64,000 nt of DNA from Parcubacteria group bacterium Gr01-1014_17. Lineage in GTDB: Bacteria > Patescibacteriota > Minisyncoccia > Phycocordibacterales > UBA10002. The notes under the pieces were generated by a model that had not been told where the DNA came from, made no database searches, and saw only the letters and a list, made by a program, of their open reading frames with translations. The translations under genes and the position numbers were made by a program. The stretch spans positions 699-64,698 of the forward strand of contig VMFZ01000005.1 in NCBI GenBank assembly GCA_007376285.1, given 5' to 3'. Shown here in pieces: positions 28,293 to 38,015 of this stretch. Positions within the stretch are counted from its first letter, which is position 1. Each line of letters begins with the position of its first letter.

Positions 28293-29231
28293 TTATTTGA
28301 AGTACTTTCCCGCTTCCGTGTAGGGAACGGTGCAGTGCTTGCACATAGGCAAGTTATTTTTCTTGCCATCCAGATGCAGTTTTCGTACGGTCCCAAACTT
28401 TGGGGAATTAAATATCGCGATGGTGTTATCGTTTGCGACATTACCAAAGTTGTATTTTCCCTCGCTCCAATCTTCACAGCAGTAAGTTACTTGGCCATCG
28501 GCAAGTATATACATCACCTGGAACGGGAAAGGACAGGCGGTTTTTTCAAGAGTGTCATCTCGGTTGATTCCAACTTCAAGCGAACCCCATGAATGGGCCG
28601 GCAGGACTCCAAGGAAGTCACGCCGCGCGCGGTCTATGCGATGTTCCCAGAACTCAAGAAACGCTTTTTCTTCATGCGCATTGGTTTCTTGTCTGACAAA
28701 CCGTACAAGAAATCGCGTCTGGTAATTGCCTTCATTTCGCAAGGCAATCATCTGTAGGCAGTTCGCGACCGTCTTTTCCAAACGGCCGTTGACTCGAATC
28801 GCTTCATAAATCGGCGCGGTTGCGCCGTCAATAGAAAAGATAATCGTGTCAATACCGCTTTCAAGCATTTCTTCCTGTTTCTCCCGCGACAGGTTAAACA
28901 GCGCCATATTGCTGGAGAAGCCGATGTTTCTGAACCCGTGTTTTTTTGCATACCGAATTCTTCTCGACATCAGTTGGTCAAGAAACGGCTCTCCCAAGCC
29001 AAAGAGGTCCATCATCTCAACCTCTCCATTATGTGGAGAAAGGTCGTTGATGATTTTCTCAAAAAGCTCCATCGTCATAATGCCACGGACTTTTTTTGTT
29101 GGCGTGCTTATTGGGCACATTGGGCATCGCAAGTTGCAAATGCCACCGATTGTTTCAATCGTTACTCTCCGCGGAATAATTTGTCCCTGCGGAGCTGAAG
29201 GGGGCGTAAATGCCCATGGTTTTTCTGTCAT
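28293..29231 (-). CDS. Radical SAM protein with C-terminal SPASM/twitch cysteine cluster
   Basis: CNLRCPMCP (CxxxCxxC) near the N-terminus. C-terminal CPFPF...YCCEDW...CKHC cluster. The start is placed at MTEKPW because the upstream gene stops at 29228. Confidence 0.65.
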   Translation of the reverse strand: MTEKPWAFTPPSAPQGQIIPRRVTIETIGGICNLRCPMCPISTPTKKVRGIMTMELFEKIINDLSPHNGEVEMMDLFGLGEPFLDQLMSRRIRYAKKHGFRNIGFSSNMALFNLSREKQEEMLESGIDTIIFSIDGATAPIYEAIRVNGRLEKTVANCLQMIALRNEGNYQTRFLVRFVRQETNAHEEKAFLEFWEHRIDRARRDFLGVLPAHSWGSLEVGINRDDTLEKTACPFPFQVMYILADGQVTYCCEDWSEGKYNFGNVANDNTIAIFNSPKFGTVRKLHLDGKKNNLPMCKHCTVPYTEAGKYFK

Positions 29232-29800
29232 AATACTCCTTTCGTTGTTCGGACAAATTCTTTCCATGTCCCGTAGTTTTTGTGAGTTTCAGATATAAGC
29301 GGCTTGACACAGTCGAGCGGCCATTTGATGTTCACATCAGAGTCATTCCATATGATTCCGGCGCTTAAGTCCTCACGAAACCGATTGTCGGCAAAAGCCA
29401 TAACTTCTGCGTTGTTGGTTATAGATAGACATCCGTGTGCAAAACCGCGCGGCACGAACAGTGCATTGTGTTTTTCTGCTGTTAAGTCAACGGCGAGCCA
29501 TTCGCCGAGAGTAGGGCTTTTTTTTCTGATGTCTATGACCGCCCAAAACATTCTGCCTCGCGTTGCTACCAGCATTTTCCCTTCCATTTCTGGCGGAAGT
29601 TGCACATGCATACCGCGCAAGACATTTTTGTGTTTTGAGTGTACCAGACTTATCTGTTTCCACTCCGGTATGCCCCCAATTTTCTTTTTGAGTTCTTTCT
29701 CATCAAAAAACCGAGTCAGGCAGCCCCTGTGGTCCGTTATATGCCAAGGGATAATCTCAACTACCCCCGCCAATTTTGTCGGACGGATTTCCAGTTCCAT
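29228..29800 (-). CDS. NDP-4-keto-6-deoxy-sugar 3,5-epimerase (RmlC/RfbC-like cupin)
   Basis: GVVEIIPWHITDHRGCLTRFF...RGMHVQ...FVPRGFAHG motifs of the dTDP-4-dehydrorhamnose 3,5-epimerase family. Confidence 0.7.
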   Translation of the reverse strand: MELEIRPTKLAGVVEIIPWHITDHRGCLTRFFDEKELKKKIGGIPEWKQISLVHSKHKNVLRGMHVQLPPEMEGKMLVATRGRMFWAVIDIRKKSPTLGEWLAVDLTAEKHNALFVPRGFAHGCLSITNNAEVMAFADNRFREDLSAGIIWNDSDVNIKWPLDCVKPLISETHKNYGTWKEFVRTTKGVL

Positions 29801-29884
29801 TTTCTTTCCTTTTTTTAAAGACCAGTCTATCGCGAATTCTATGTCATTTAGTTCGTCTTGTCAAAAAAAACAAGAAACCGGTAT

Positions 29885-30727
29885 TCATCTTTTCTGAATC
29901 GCGAGAGCCATTACCGCATAATGATTCCGCAGAGTTTTTATCCGCCTTATGCTCAATGCTTCAAAGCCGCATTCTTTAAGAATCCGTGTAAGCGTTTCCT
30001 GGTCAAACATCCACAAGTGGCACGCATTAAAAATATCATCATCTTTTGGTTTGAGGCGAGACGCCAGTGCATCAGGCACTTCAACATAAAGAAACGAATT
30101 TGCATCCATATCTTTGCGAACGCTTTTCAGAAGCGACCTGGGATTCGCCATATGTTCCAAGACATAAACAAGGGAAATAAGATTGAATTTCCTATGAAAT
30201 CGGTTGGGCTTGTAAAACTTCTGTATCAGCGGAATTTTCAGTTTCTTTTTTACAAAGTCGTTGTTTTTGGCAGGGTCAATAATATAAGAACGCCAAAGGC
30301 GGTCTTGAAACTCATAAGCGAAAATTGCCGCGCCGCCTCCTATATCAAGCGCCGAGAACGGCGGCGCGGGCTTTTTAATAATGCCGTCTTCCCACACCCT
30401 TTCGATCGTTTCTTTTATCCAGCAAACTCTCTTCTTTGTTTCAGATTGATGTTCCGGCAGAGCTGTTATTTTGTTGAAGATTTCTTCTGCGGTTTCTTTT
30501 CTCCAATTGGCATTCGTGTCTCTATAGGCCGTTTCGTATATTGTGTGTATGACTTTCGGCGGTCTGGAATAGATGGAATAAAAGAAACCGCATTTTGAAC
30601 ACCGAACCCACTTTCGGAAATAATTTTTTGCGGTTACTCTCACTGCCGCTTCATATCGGTCCGGTTCTTTGTATGAGAAGATTACTTTATGAGAAGACGA
30701 CTTGCATAAAAGGCACGGCGATGGCAT
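29885..30727 (-). CDS. Class I SAM-dependent methyltransferase with N-terminal zinc-ribbon
   Basis: CLLC...CSKC cysteine pairs, then LDIGGGAAIF...LVYVLEHM MT motifs. Confidence 0.55.
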   Translation of the reverse strand: MPSPCLLCKSSSHKVIFSYKEPDRYEAAVRVTAKNYFRKWVRCSKCGFFYSIYSRPPKVIHTIYETAYRDTNANWRKETAEEIFNKITALPEHQSETKKRVCWIKETIERVWEDGIIKKPAPPFSALDIGGGAAIFAYEFQDRLWRSYIIDPAKNNDFVKKKLKIPLIQKFYKPNRFHRKFNLISLVYVLEHMANPRSLLKSVRKDMDANSFLYVEVPDALASRLKPKDDDIFNACHLWMFDQETLTRILKECGFEALSIRRIKTLRNHYAVMALAIQKR

Positions 30728-30793
30728 ATAGTGAAAGATACTATTCCAACTGCGTGTTGGAGTCAATTTTGTTTCGTGCTATTCTTTTTTTCT

Positions 30794-31690
30794 ATGATAC
30801 CTCACACAGAGCGTCGACACCCTTTGGTCAGTATCGGCGTTCCCACCTATAATCGAGCCGACCTTTTGCAACTCACACTCGATTCGCTTCTTGCGCAGAC
30901 CGACAAAAATGTAGAAATTATTATCTCGGACAACGCGTCAACCGACGGCACTGAAGCACTCTGCCGCGCATATGCAGATAGAGAAAATCGAATTTTCTAC
31001 TTTCGACAAGAAAAAAACAGAGGTCAAATGAACAATTATTCGTTCCTTTTGCAGAAAGCGCGCGGGAAGTATTTTATGTGGGCGCAAGACGACGATTCTA
31101 TAGACCAAAACTATGTGGAAGTTCTTACTGATGTGTTAGAAAAGAATCCTGAATACTCGGTTGCCTTGAGCCATTATTACGAAAAACGAGTTGGCGCACT
31201 GACTCCCTTGCCCATCCGCGCTATCACCCACGACTACACGCATAAAAGTTATCGCGAACTGTACGAGCGTTGCCTGTATGGGAAAATCAGCGCGCTTCTG
31301 CTCTACGGTTTATATCGGACCGCGTGTATAAAAGTGCTCTACGCCCGACAGCTTCCCCTCACCTTTAACAATCTTTTGTTGTGGATGTCGGAACTCGTGC
31401 TTGCGGTAAAGGTGTATTCGGTGCCCCTGCTTTTATATACGCATACGCAAGATGTCAGGAGCCACGAAGCGCGACAACCAGACGGTCCGCTTACGCTCGC
31501 AGAGAAAAGGCCTTTTGCAATTACACACTATGTCGCGACCGGCCCCTTTTGGCTTCTTACTTCGCGCGCGATTCCCTTACATAGGAAATTATTGATTTTC
31601 GGCCCGTGGATTCGCCGCGCGTGGAAATATAAACGCAAAATATTTAATGAATGGCGCTGCGCATTTCTCAATATGTTTCGGCGCGTATGA
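30794..31690 (+). CDS. GT2-family glycosyltransferase
   Basis: VSIGVPTYNRADLL...IISDNASTDGT...DDD typical GT-A motifs. The track start at 30731 overlaps the divergent gene, so ATG 30794 is preferred. Confidence 0.65.
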   Translation: MIPHTERRHPLVSIGVPTYNRADLLQLTLDSLLAQTDKNVEIIISDNASTDGTEALCRAYADRENRIFYFRQEKNRGQMNNYSFLLQKARGKYFMWAQDDDSIDQNYVEVLTDVLEKNPEYSVALSHYYEKRVGALTPLPIRAITHDYTHKSYRELYERCLYGKISALLLYGLYRTACIKVLYARQLPLTFNNLLLWMSELVLAVKVYSVPLLLYTHTQDVRSHEARQPDGPLTLAEKRPFAITHYVATGPFWLLTSRAIPLHRKLLIFGPWIRRAWKYKRKIFNEWRCAFLNMFRRV

Positions 31691-31693
31691 TAT

Positions 31694-33595
31694 TTATCGC
31701 TTGAGGAGTTGTATCAACGCATCCAGAGCCGCGTTCAGTGATCCAACAACTTGAGAAATTGCCGCGAGATTTTCTTTTCGTCTTTGTAGAGAGGTTGTGG
31801 TAGAAGTGTTTGTAGAAGGAGCAGAATTTACACCCGTAAGCGTGAACGGTAATGTGGCAGCGATTGATTGGCATCTCACAGATGCACTCGGCATATAAGT
31901 GCCGTAACATACGCGAGCACTATAATTTCCAGGCAAAGACGAGCGGGTGTCAAAACCGTCAATACCGGACGACGCATTATGACTGCCGATATTTACTGCT
32001 GTCCCATCGGGTTTTACTATTTCCGAGTGTACCGTAATAACCGATGGACAAGTGTAAGAAACATATATCACATCTCCGATTGCAAATGTAGTTTTATTAT
32101 TCGAAAGCGTAAACGTGAGATTAGAACATGTGTTCGCCGCAGTCGTAAAAGTATGTTCGGGCGGATAGCCGGTACTGAGTACCGCTGAATTTCCCTTTGC
32201 ATCAAAGTTATAAACTCTAAATGTGTAGAGCGTACCGCTTTTTAGATTTGAGAGGGTATAAGAATGCGGGGTCACATATGCCGCCCAAGAATTATCGTAC
32301 GGGGTAATCGCCCAATCCGCCACACTTCCATAGTTCACATATCCAAGGGCCGGTTCATCGGTAGTCCAAGTGATGACCGCTGAATTTGCGGTAATTGAAG
32401 AAGCCAACACTGATGACACGACTGGGGGCGTTATATCCGGTTTCGGAATAGTGAAATAATTGTCACTGTCGTCATACACTTCCGGACTGTCCCAATTAAA
32501 GACCCTTATTTTATAGTCGCTTCCAAAGCCGATTGCATTGTAGTATGGAGACGCCACCCTATCTCCCGAAGACGGTTCTCTCTCTACTGATGGCGGAAGC
32601 GACAAAGTTGTAGAATTAGTGGTAATTGGAGCGCTGTTGCTGTACACAACCTGTGAACCTTTTAAAATCTTGAATCCAACCCGACTCACTCCCTTTAACA
32701 AATAATTGATACCCTGATTAGAAAAATACATATCCCATGTTTCTCCCCCGTTTGGTGATGTGATGGTTATGGGAACGGTATTCTGCAGTGGCGGTGGTGT
32801 GGAGGTAGTATTAGATGCAGTTGTAATGGATGAGGAGATTGTTGCCGTTGTTGTTGTAGAAGGAGTAGAAACTGTAATCGTTGTTTGACTTGTCCCCGAA
32901 GAGGTACCGTTGACAGGTGCGACAGTCGTTGTCACCTCAACAATGGTAGTCGTTGCGCTTGTGGTAGTAGTAGAGGGTGCAAAAGGCGTGGTCGTTGTTG
33001 CAATCGGCAATTGTATTTCAGATGTTGTTGCGAGTTTCTTTTGAATGCCGGGCACCATCGTGAGCCCGGGCGGCACAACATCTGACTTGCCGGAGCCGCT
33101 CGTCAGCAAGTCGTTTATTTTGGTGAGCGTTTTCGGCCCTATATTTCCGACTGCTTCAATGTTGTGGCGCTCTTGGAACTTGCGGACTGCGGCGGCTGTG
33201 AGAGACCCGTAGAAGCCGGTTTGGAGTTTCTCAGGATAAAGGTCTGGAAATTGTGATAGAAACTTTTGAAGTTCACGCACATCCTCTCCACGCGAGCCGA
33301 TGGAAAGGGTGCGTGTGAAAATTGGTGCATTAATTTCTTGCGCTGCAGGTTGCCAGATAAGCGCACTAGGTTCTTCTTTTTCGCGCCGGAGCGCGTCACG
33401 CGCTTCAGTGAGCCGTACTTGAAGCACGACGATTTGGATTTCAATTTCTTGAATGGTACGCTCGAGCCCGCCGAGCGTATCTCCGCCCGCCGTCGTTTGG
33501 GCGTGCGCGCCAAAACCATACAAGAAAGCAAAGAGAAACACTCCTATTGCAAGAATCTCGGTACTTCTATGTTGCTTACGAGCGAACAATGACAT
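31694..33595 (-). CDS. Cell-surface protein: N-terminal signal/anchor, coiled-coil, peptidoglycan-binding domain, ~70 aa Thr/Ser-rich linker, then beta-rich (FN3-like) domains
   Basis: Hydrophobic N-terminus LAIGVFLFAFLYGFGAHA. PG_binding_1-like GSRGEDVRELQKFLS...GPKTLTKI. A TTTTPFAPSTTTTSATTTIVEVTTTVAPVNGTSSGTSQTTITVSTPSTTTTATISSSITTASNTTSTP stretch. C-terminal repeats with YTF/VY beta patterns. Confidence 0.5.
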   Translation of the reverse strand: MSLFARKQHRSTEILAIGVFLFAFLYGFGAHAQTTAGGDTLGGLERTIQEIEIQIVVLQVRLTEARDALRREKEEPSALIWQPAAQEINAPIFTRTLSIGSRGEDVRELQKFLSQFPDLYPEKLQTGFYGSLTAAAVRKFQERHNIEAVGNIGPKTLTKINDLLTSGSGKSDVVPPGLTMVPGIQKKLATTSEIQLPIATTTTPFAPSTTTTSATTTIVEVTTTVAPVNGTSSGTSQTTITVSTPSTTTTATISSSITTASNTTSTPPPLQNTVPITITSPNGGETWDMYFSNQGINYLLKGVSRVGFKILKGSQVVYSNSAPITTNSTTLSLPPSVEREPSSGDRVASPYYNAIGFGSDYKIRVFNWDSPEVYDDSDNYFTIPKPDITPPVVSSVLASSITANSAVITWTTDEPALGYVNYGSVADWAITPYDNSWAAYVTPHSYTLSNLKSGTLYTFRVYNFDAKGNSAVLSTGYPPEHTFTTAANTCSNLTFTLSNNKTTFAIGDVIYVSYTCPSVITVHSEIVKPDGTAVNIGSHNASSGIDGFDTRSSLPGNYSARVCYGTYMPSASVRCQSIAATLPFTLTGVNSAPSTNTSTTTSLQRRKENLAAISQVVGSLNAALDALIQLLKR

Positions 33596-33667
33596 TGTCT
33601 GTAGTGTACGATATTATCACTCAAACACAAGCCAATTATCCACATTGGCTTACTGTGTTATATTGTC

Positions 33668-35269
33668 TTGGAATATATGCTTCACAACTTCATTGTTTTC
33701 TTTGAGACCATTCTCTTTTTGTACATTTCGTATGTTGCAGGAAGGGCTTTCTTGCCGCGGCTCGGCGTCAAAGCGGTTTCCGGAATAGTGGTTGCGGTGC
33801 AGGCGGTTCTGCTCGGTTTGGGTATGTTCGCGCTCGCTGGTTTGGCGTTCGGACTCTTGGGGATATTCAATGCGGTAACGCTCTGGGCGTTTACGGCGAT
33901 GCTTGTGTTTGTCGCGCGAAAACAGATTCGGGCACACTTCTTATCGCTTACCATGGAAAACACGCGGCGCGTTTTCCATGCATTCCTCGGTTTGTTTAGG
34001 GAGAATACTTTTTTAAAAATACTGATTGCGGTATGGTTGGTTGCTAATTTTTCTCTCGCGTTCGTGCCGCTTACCGCGCACGACACCATAGATTACCATC
34101 TGCCCATTGTGCTGGACATTGTGGAAAAGGGGCGGACGGACTTTACGAGCGCGATTGAGCACTATAGTTTTACGCCCGTTCTCGCGGAGATTTTATACGC
34201 TGTGCCCGCCGTGCTGTTCAACGAAAAAACTGCTCCATTCGTCTTTCAGCCGCTACAGTATATGACGCTCCCGCTTTTTCTCGCGCTCGCGTACGGGTTT
34301 TTGCGGGATAAGCTCAAACGGCGCTGGCTCGCGCCGGCGGCGCTTCTCGCGGTGTTGGGCATGATGGCCCTCCAAAGAGAGGTTTTACACATGGGGTATG
34401 TGGACACCTTTGCGTTTTTATACGGATTTGCGGCGCTTTTCCCGCTTTTGGAATATGCGTCACAACAAAACGGAAACGCAAAACCGCATTTTTCGGAATT
34501 GATGTTTTCCGCCGTGATGCTCGGGATTTCGCTCGGTATGAAATATTTCGGTTTTTTCTTCGGCGTATTCGCCATTGTGTTTCTGGTCGTCGCATGGAGG
34601 CGTTTCTCTATAACGGCGCATGAAATGGGGCGAATGCTTTTTATATTCTGCGCGATTGTCGCGGCTATTTCCTTATTTTGGTACGCCAAGAATTGGTTCT
34701 GGTTCGACAATCCGCTGTACCCGATGTTTTCATCCGACCCTGCGATTGCGATAACTCAGCAAGGTATTAAGTCGTTTCTGCTTGACCGAACATTTTTGAA
34801 TTTTTTTATTTTCCCCTTTGCGCTTTTCGGTCAATGGTTTTTGAATCCCGCGGTAGAGAGTTCAAGCAATCTGGTGATTTTTGCGTATTTTGTATTGCTG
34901 TATCTGCTTGTCGCTCCGCGGATTTTCACGCGCGAGAAGTTTACGCGCGCGGAAGTATTGCTGTTTGTGTTCGTGCATGGCTATCTCGCATTCCACTTCG
35001 TACTCTCGCATTACCTCCGCTACCTCTTGCCGTCGGTGATGATTTTACCTGTGCTCCTTGCGCTTCTCGCGGACAGGCTCTTCTCTACCGCGGAACGCGC
35101 GCTTTCCGCGCTGCGGTTTTCTGTACTTCACAAAACCGCTCACCTCATTGTGGCGCTCGCTATTTTGGTTGTGTTTCTCGGAAACTTCCATTATTTCCAA
35201 ATTCGTTTTTCCTATATTTTAGGTATTTATAATGAACAAGAATATGTACGAAAAATCGGAAGCCAATAA
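33668..35269 (+). CDS. GT-C-fold integral membrane glycosyltransferase (ArnT/PMT/GT39-83-like)
   Basis: 533 aa with about 13 predicted TM helices and no soluble catalytic domain. Immediately followed by a GtrB-like GT2. Confidence 0.5.
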   Translation: MEYMLHNFIVFFETILFLYISYVAGRAFLPRLGVKAVSGIVVAVQAVLLGLGMFALAGLAFGLLGIFNAVTLWAFTAMLVFVARKQIRAHFLSLTMENTRRVFHAFLGLFRENTFLKILIAVWLVANFSLAFVPLTAHDTIDYHLPIVLDIVEKGRTDFTSAIEHYSFTPVLAEILYAVPAVLFNEKTAPFVFQPLQYMTLPLFLALAYGFLRDKLKRRWLAPAALLAVLGMMALQREVLHMGYVDTFAFLYGFAALFPLLEYASQQNGNAKPHFSELMFSAVMLGISLGMKYFGFFFGVFAIVFLVVAWRRFSITAHEMGRMLFIFCAIVAAISLFWYAKNWFWFDNPLYPMFSSDPAIAITQQGIKSFLLDRTFLNFFIFPFALFGQWFLNPAVESSSNLVIFAYFVLLYLLVAPRIFTREKFTRAEVLLFVFVHGYLAFHFVLSHYLRYLLPSVMILPVLLALLADRLFSTAERALSALRFSVLHKTAHLIVALAILVVFLGNFHYFQIRFSYILGIYNEQEYVRKIGSQ

Positions 35270-36032
35270 AAGAAACAGCGTCGTGGTGATTATGCCTGCG
35301 TATAATGCGGCTCGGACTTTGGAGAAAACATATAGGGCGATTCCGTATGGCGCGGTGGATGAAATTATTCTGGTAGACGATGCAAGCCGCGATGATACTC
35401 TCGCGGTCGCACACACGCTCCCTATCCGTGTGTTCAAGCACAAGCGCAATTACGGATACGGCGCGAACCAAAAGACCTGCTACACCGAAGCGCTTAAAAC
35501 AGACAACGATATTATCGTTATGCTTCATCCCGATTATCAGTACGACCCGTCGCTTTTACCGACGCTTATTGCGCCCATTGCGGAGGGCCGCTCGGACATC
35601 GTGCTGGGCTCACGGCTTATGGGGAAGAGCCCTGTTGCGCAGGGAATGCCGTGGTGGAAATACCTCGGCAATCGACTCCTCACTCGTTTAGAAAATATCG
35701 TGTTTGGTTTGCATTTATCCGAATATCATACCGGTTATCGCGCGTACGCGCGCCGCGTGCTTGAGGAGGTGCATTATGAAATGAATTCGGATAAGTTTGT
35801 GTTTGACCAAGAGTTTATCGCGCAGGCGGTGTGCAACAAGTACCGGATTGTGGAAGTGCCCGTGCCGACAAAATATTTTCCGGAAGCATCGTCTGCGAGT
35901 TTCCGCGCCAGCGTCGTGTACGGTTTTTCTATTTTGTTTCTGTTGGCGCGCTACCTTCTCCATCGGAATGGGTGGGTGTGTTCTATGCAGTTTGAGAGCT
36001 TGCCGAGGCGATATAAAACGGCGGTTCGTTAA
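35232..36032 (+). CDS. GT2 polyprenyl-phosphate sugar synthase (GtrB/Dpm1-like) with C-terminal TM helix
   Basis: VVIMPAYNAARTL...VDDASRDDT...YGYGANQK. C-terminal FSILFLLARYLL hydrophobic segment. Confidence 0.7.
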   Translation: MNKNMYEKSEANKRNSVVVIMPAYNAARTLEKTYRAIPYGAVDEIILVDDASRDDTLAVAHTLPIRVFKHKRNYGYGANQKTCYTEALKTDNDIIVMLHPDYQYDPSLLPTLIAPIAEGRSDIVLGSRLMGKSPVAQGMPWWKYLGNRLLTRLENIVFGLHLSEYHTGYRAYARRVLEEVHYEMNSDKFVFDQEFIAQAVCNKYRIVEVPVPTKYFPEASSASFRASVVYGFSILFLLARYLLHRNGWVCSMQFESLPRRYKTAVR

Positions 36033-36851
36033 CATATTCCGCTGTTTAGCATTAAGCCACGGCCGTATCTTATTGCTAAATGCGCACATACACTATCTTT
36101 AACGGTCGTCAGAGATAGTGTATCCAAGTATTTTGCAAAATACTGAAATAGAAAAATAAACATTTTTTACGATTTTGCGCTTTGGTTTTTTGCGATAAAG
36201 TGGTATTATTTTTTGTATGAATCTCATTGTAAAACGAATCTTTACCTGTTTTGTTATTTTACTAATTCTTTATTATGCTGTGATTTTATTGCTTACACCA
36301 CCAAAGGAATCGTGGCCAGTTTTCTCTCTTAAAACTGGGGAATTTAAATGTTGGACCTAAGGGTATCGAGAAAAATCTAGTTTTGAAAGACGTCTATTCA
36401 ACAATGGAAACGCTTTTAAGAAAATTTGATGGATGTTACTTTGATTTGACAGATATGAACTACTCAATTAACACCTCATTAAACAGAGAGAAACTTGTAG
36501 TCGAACCAAATGAATATGTTAATCTTTCTAACGAACGCGAGTTTGTTTTTCCAGTAAGACTTGATGGTTTGAGCCGGATTTTTATTCTGCTTCAGATTCT
36601 ATTTGTTGGATTACCTTTGGTATTGTTAGTCTTCAAAACCATCATCAAGTTTGTTATTAAAGGTAGAGACTTTTTTATAAAATAATTTATGAATCTATCC
36701 AACAACGAAAAACTGGATGTCTACGAGTTGGTCTGACATTCCTACATTCCTAGGAAAGTAGGAATATCAGCACATTGGGACATTCTTATATTTCTAGTGT
36801 ATCGTACAATGTGGCACAGTTCTTCACAATAAAACAACAAGAAAGGCGGCT
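36033..36851. other. AT-rich non-coding stretch at the start of a lower-GC island
   Basis: A visibly lower GC content than the flanking genes. Contains a hairpin CACTATCT...AGATAGTG (~36095-36125). No long ORF. Confidence 0.4.
36404..36685 (+). CDS. Small hypothetical protein with a C-terminal TM segment
   Basis: The track ORF 36383-36685 uses a TTG start; ATG 36404 is preferred. C-terminal hydrophobic segment IFILLQILFVGLPLVLLVF. Low-GC codon usage. Confidence 0.25.
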   Translation: METLLRKFDGCYFDLTDMNYSINTSLNREKLVVEPNEYVNLSNEREFVFPVRLDGLSRIFILLQILFVGLPLVLLVFKTIIKFVIKGRDFFIK

Positions 36852-37643
36852 ATGGTCAAAAGACAAGAAACGCGGTATCTCATTTCCCGAAGCGAGCAAA
36901 GCATCTTTTCCGAAATCTACTTCCCCAAAAGAGCGGCGTACTATGGCACTATCTTTGATGCCTTGCGTAAAGGTTATAAAGAGGATGTCGTTAAAAAATA
37001 CATGGACACTAATGCGCCGGTTCTCCTTGAAGAGTACCAAGCATATCCTGCACTCTTTGACCCAGATGACTACACAAAAGCACGGAGAGTAACAGAGCCA
37101 GTCTCAGTTGAGAAAGCGCGCGAACGCATCAAAATGTACCAATCCCCATTTAAAGGTTGGTCAACTTATAGCGTAGACGGTGTCTTTTTTGATAAAAAGA
37201 ACAAAATGTACGAGGAAGCGGTCCAAGTAGTGCGCATTATGTTCCGCTTCCAGAGTTCTTTCGCTCTCGTAGCAGAAAAGGAGGGATGCAGTGATGTATT
37301 GCGATGCATGCTGGTATGGCTTGCTACCCGCCAAGGACGGTTGGCTGGCCACAAAATATGGTTTGAGAGCGAGAAACGGCTTTTCGTCACAAACCAGCCG
37401 CCTTTTCCGAAACGCAAGCGCGCTTTTGTAGAACAGCACTTCGCTAGCATCGCCAGAGAAGTGAATAAATGGATTGACGACCGCGGGCTTTTCACCTTTG
37501 CGTATTTGGTCCATAAGTTTGCAGAAAATGTGCTTGCCGAGCAACTGTACGAAAAAGAGATTTGGGCGACCAATCTTTTTAATCAAAACCTCATTATAAC
37601 GAGCCGTGTTGAAAACGGCGAAAATCACATAACGCAGAAATGA
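36852..37643 (+). CDS. Hypothetical protein (263 aa), no recognisable domain
   Basis: Clean ATG-to-stop ORF inside the low-GC island. No motif recognised. Confidence 0.4.
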   Translation: MVKRQETRYLISRSEQSIFSEIYFPKRAAYYGTIFDALRKGYKEDVVKKYMDTNAPVLLEEYQAYPALFDPDDYTKARRVTEPVSVEKARERIKMYQSPFKGWSTYSVDGVFFDKKNKMYEEAVQVVRIMFRFQSSFALVAEKEGCSDVLRCMLVWLATRQGRLAGHKIWFESEKRLFVTNQPPFPKRKRAFVEQHFASIAREVNKWIDDRGLFTFAYLVHKFAENVLAEQLYEKEIWATNLFNQNLIITSRVENGENHITQK

Positions 37644-37655
37644 AAGGAAAAATAA

Positions 37656-37997
37656 ATGAAAGAAAGTAAGATTCATCCAAAAGTCACGGAACTCTTGCAA
37701 GAAGTATTCGGTTGGTTTAACGAAGATGAAGGCGAGCGAGCCGGAAAATATCCAGAAGTTTATCTCGTGTCTTTGTTAGAAAATATCAAAGAGGAATTGC
37801 CCGAAGTATCAGCGATGCTCTATTCAGCGGTTGATATGGCAAGATTCGGTCCTGATGTAAAAGGATTCAGATTCGGTCCCGCGACAGAAAGATTCCAAAA
37901 GATATTATCTGTCGTTCAACCAAATGAGAAAGTACCATCTCATAAAATGGGAAAGAAATCTCTAAAACGCCGACATTTGCAAAAAATTGCCGCGTAA
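37656..37997 (+). CDS. Hypothetical acidic protein (113 aa) with a basic C-terminal tail
   Basis: Begins 13 bp after the previous ORF. Ends KKSLKRRHLQKIAA. Followed by a terminator. Confidence 0.35.
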   Translation: MKESKIHPKVTELLQEVFGWFNEDEGERAGKYPEVYLVSLLENIKEELPEVSAMLYSAVDMARFGPDVKGFRFGPATERFQKILSVVQPNEKVPSHKMGKKSLKRRHLQKIAA

Positions 37998-38015
37998 CTT
38001 CTTGTTGTGTTCTCG

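Noticed and set aside
36033-36400. Possible tRNA, small RNA or CRISPR repeat in the AT-rich stretch
   Set aside because: No tRNA-like cloverleaf features (GTTC/T-loop, anticodon stem) and no direct repeats with regular spacers were seen. Only a single hairpin (CACTATCT...AGATAGTG) is present.
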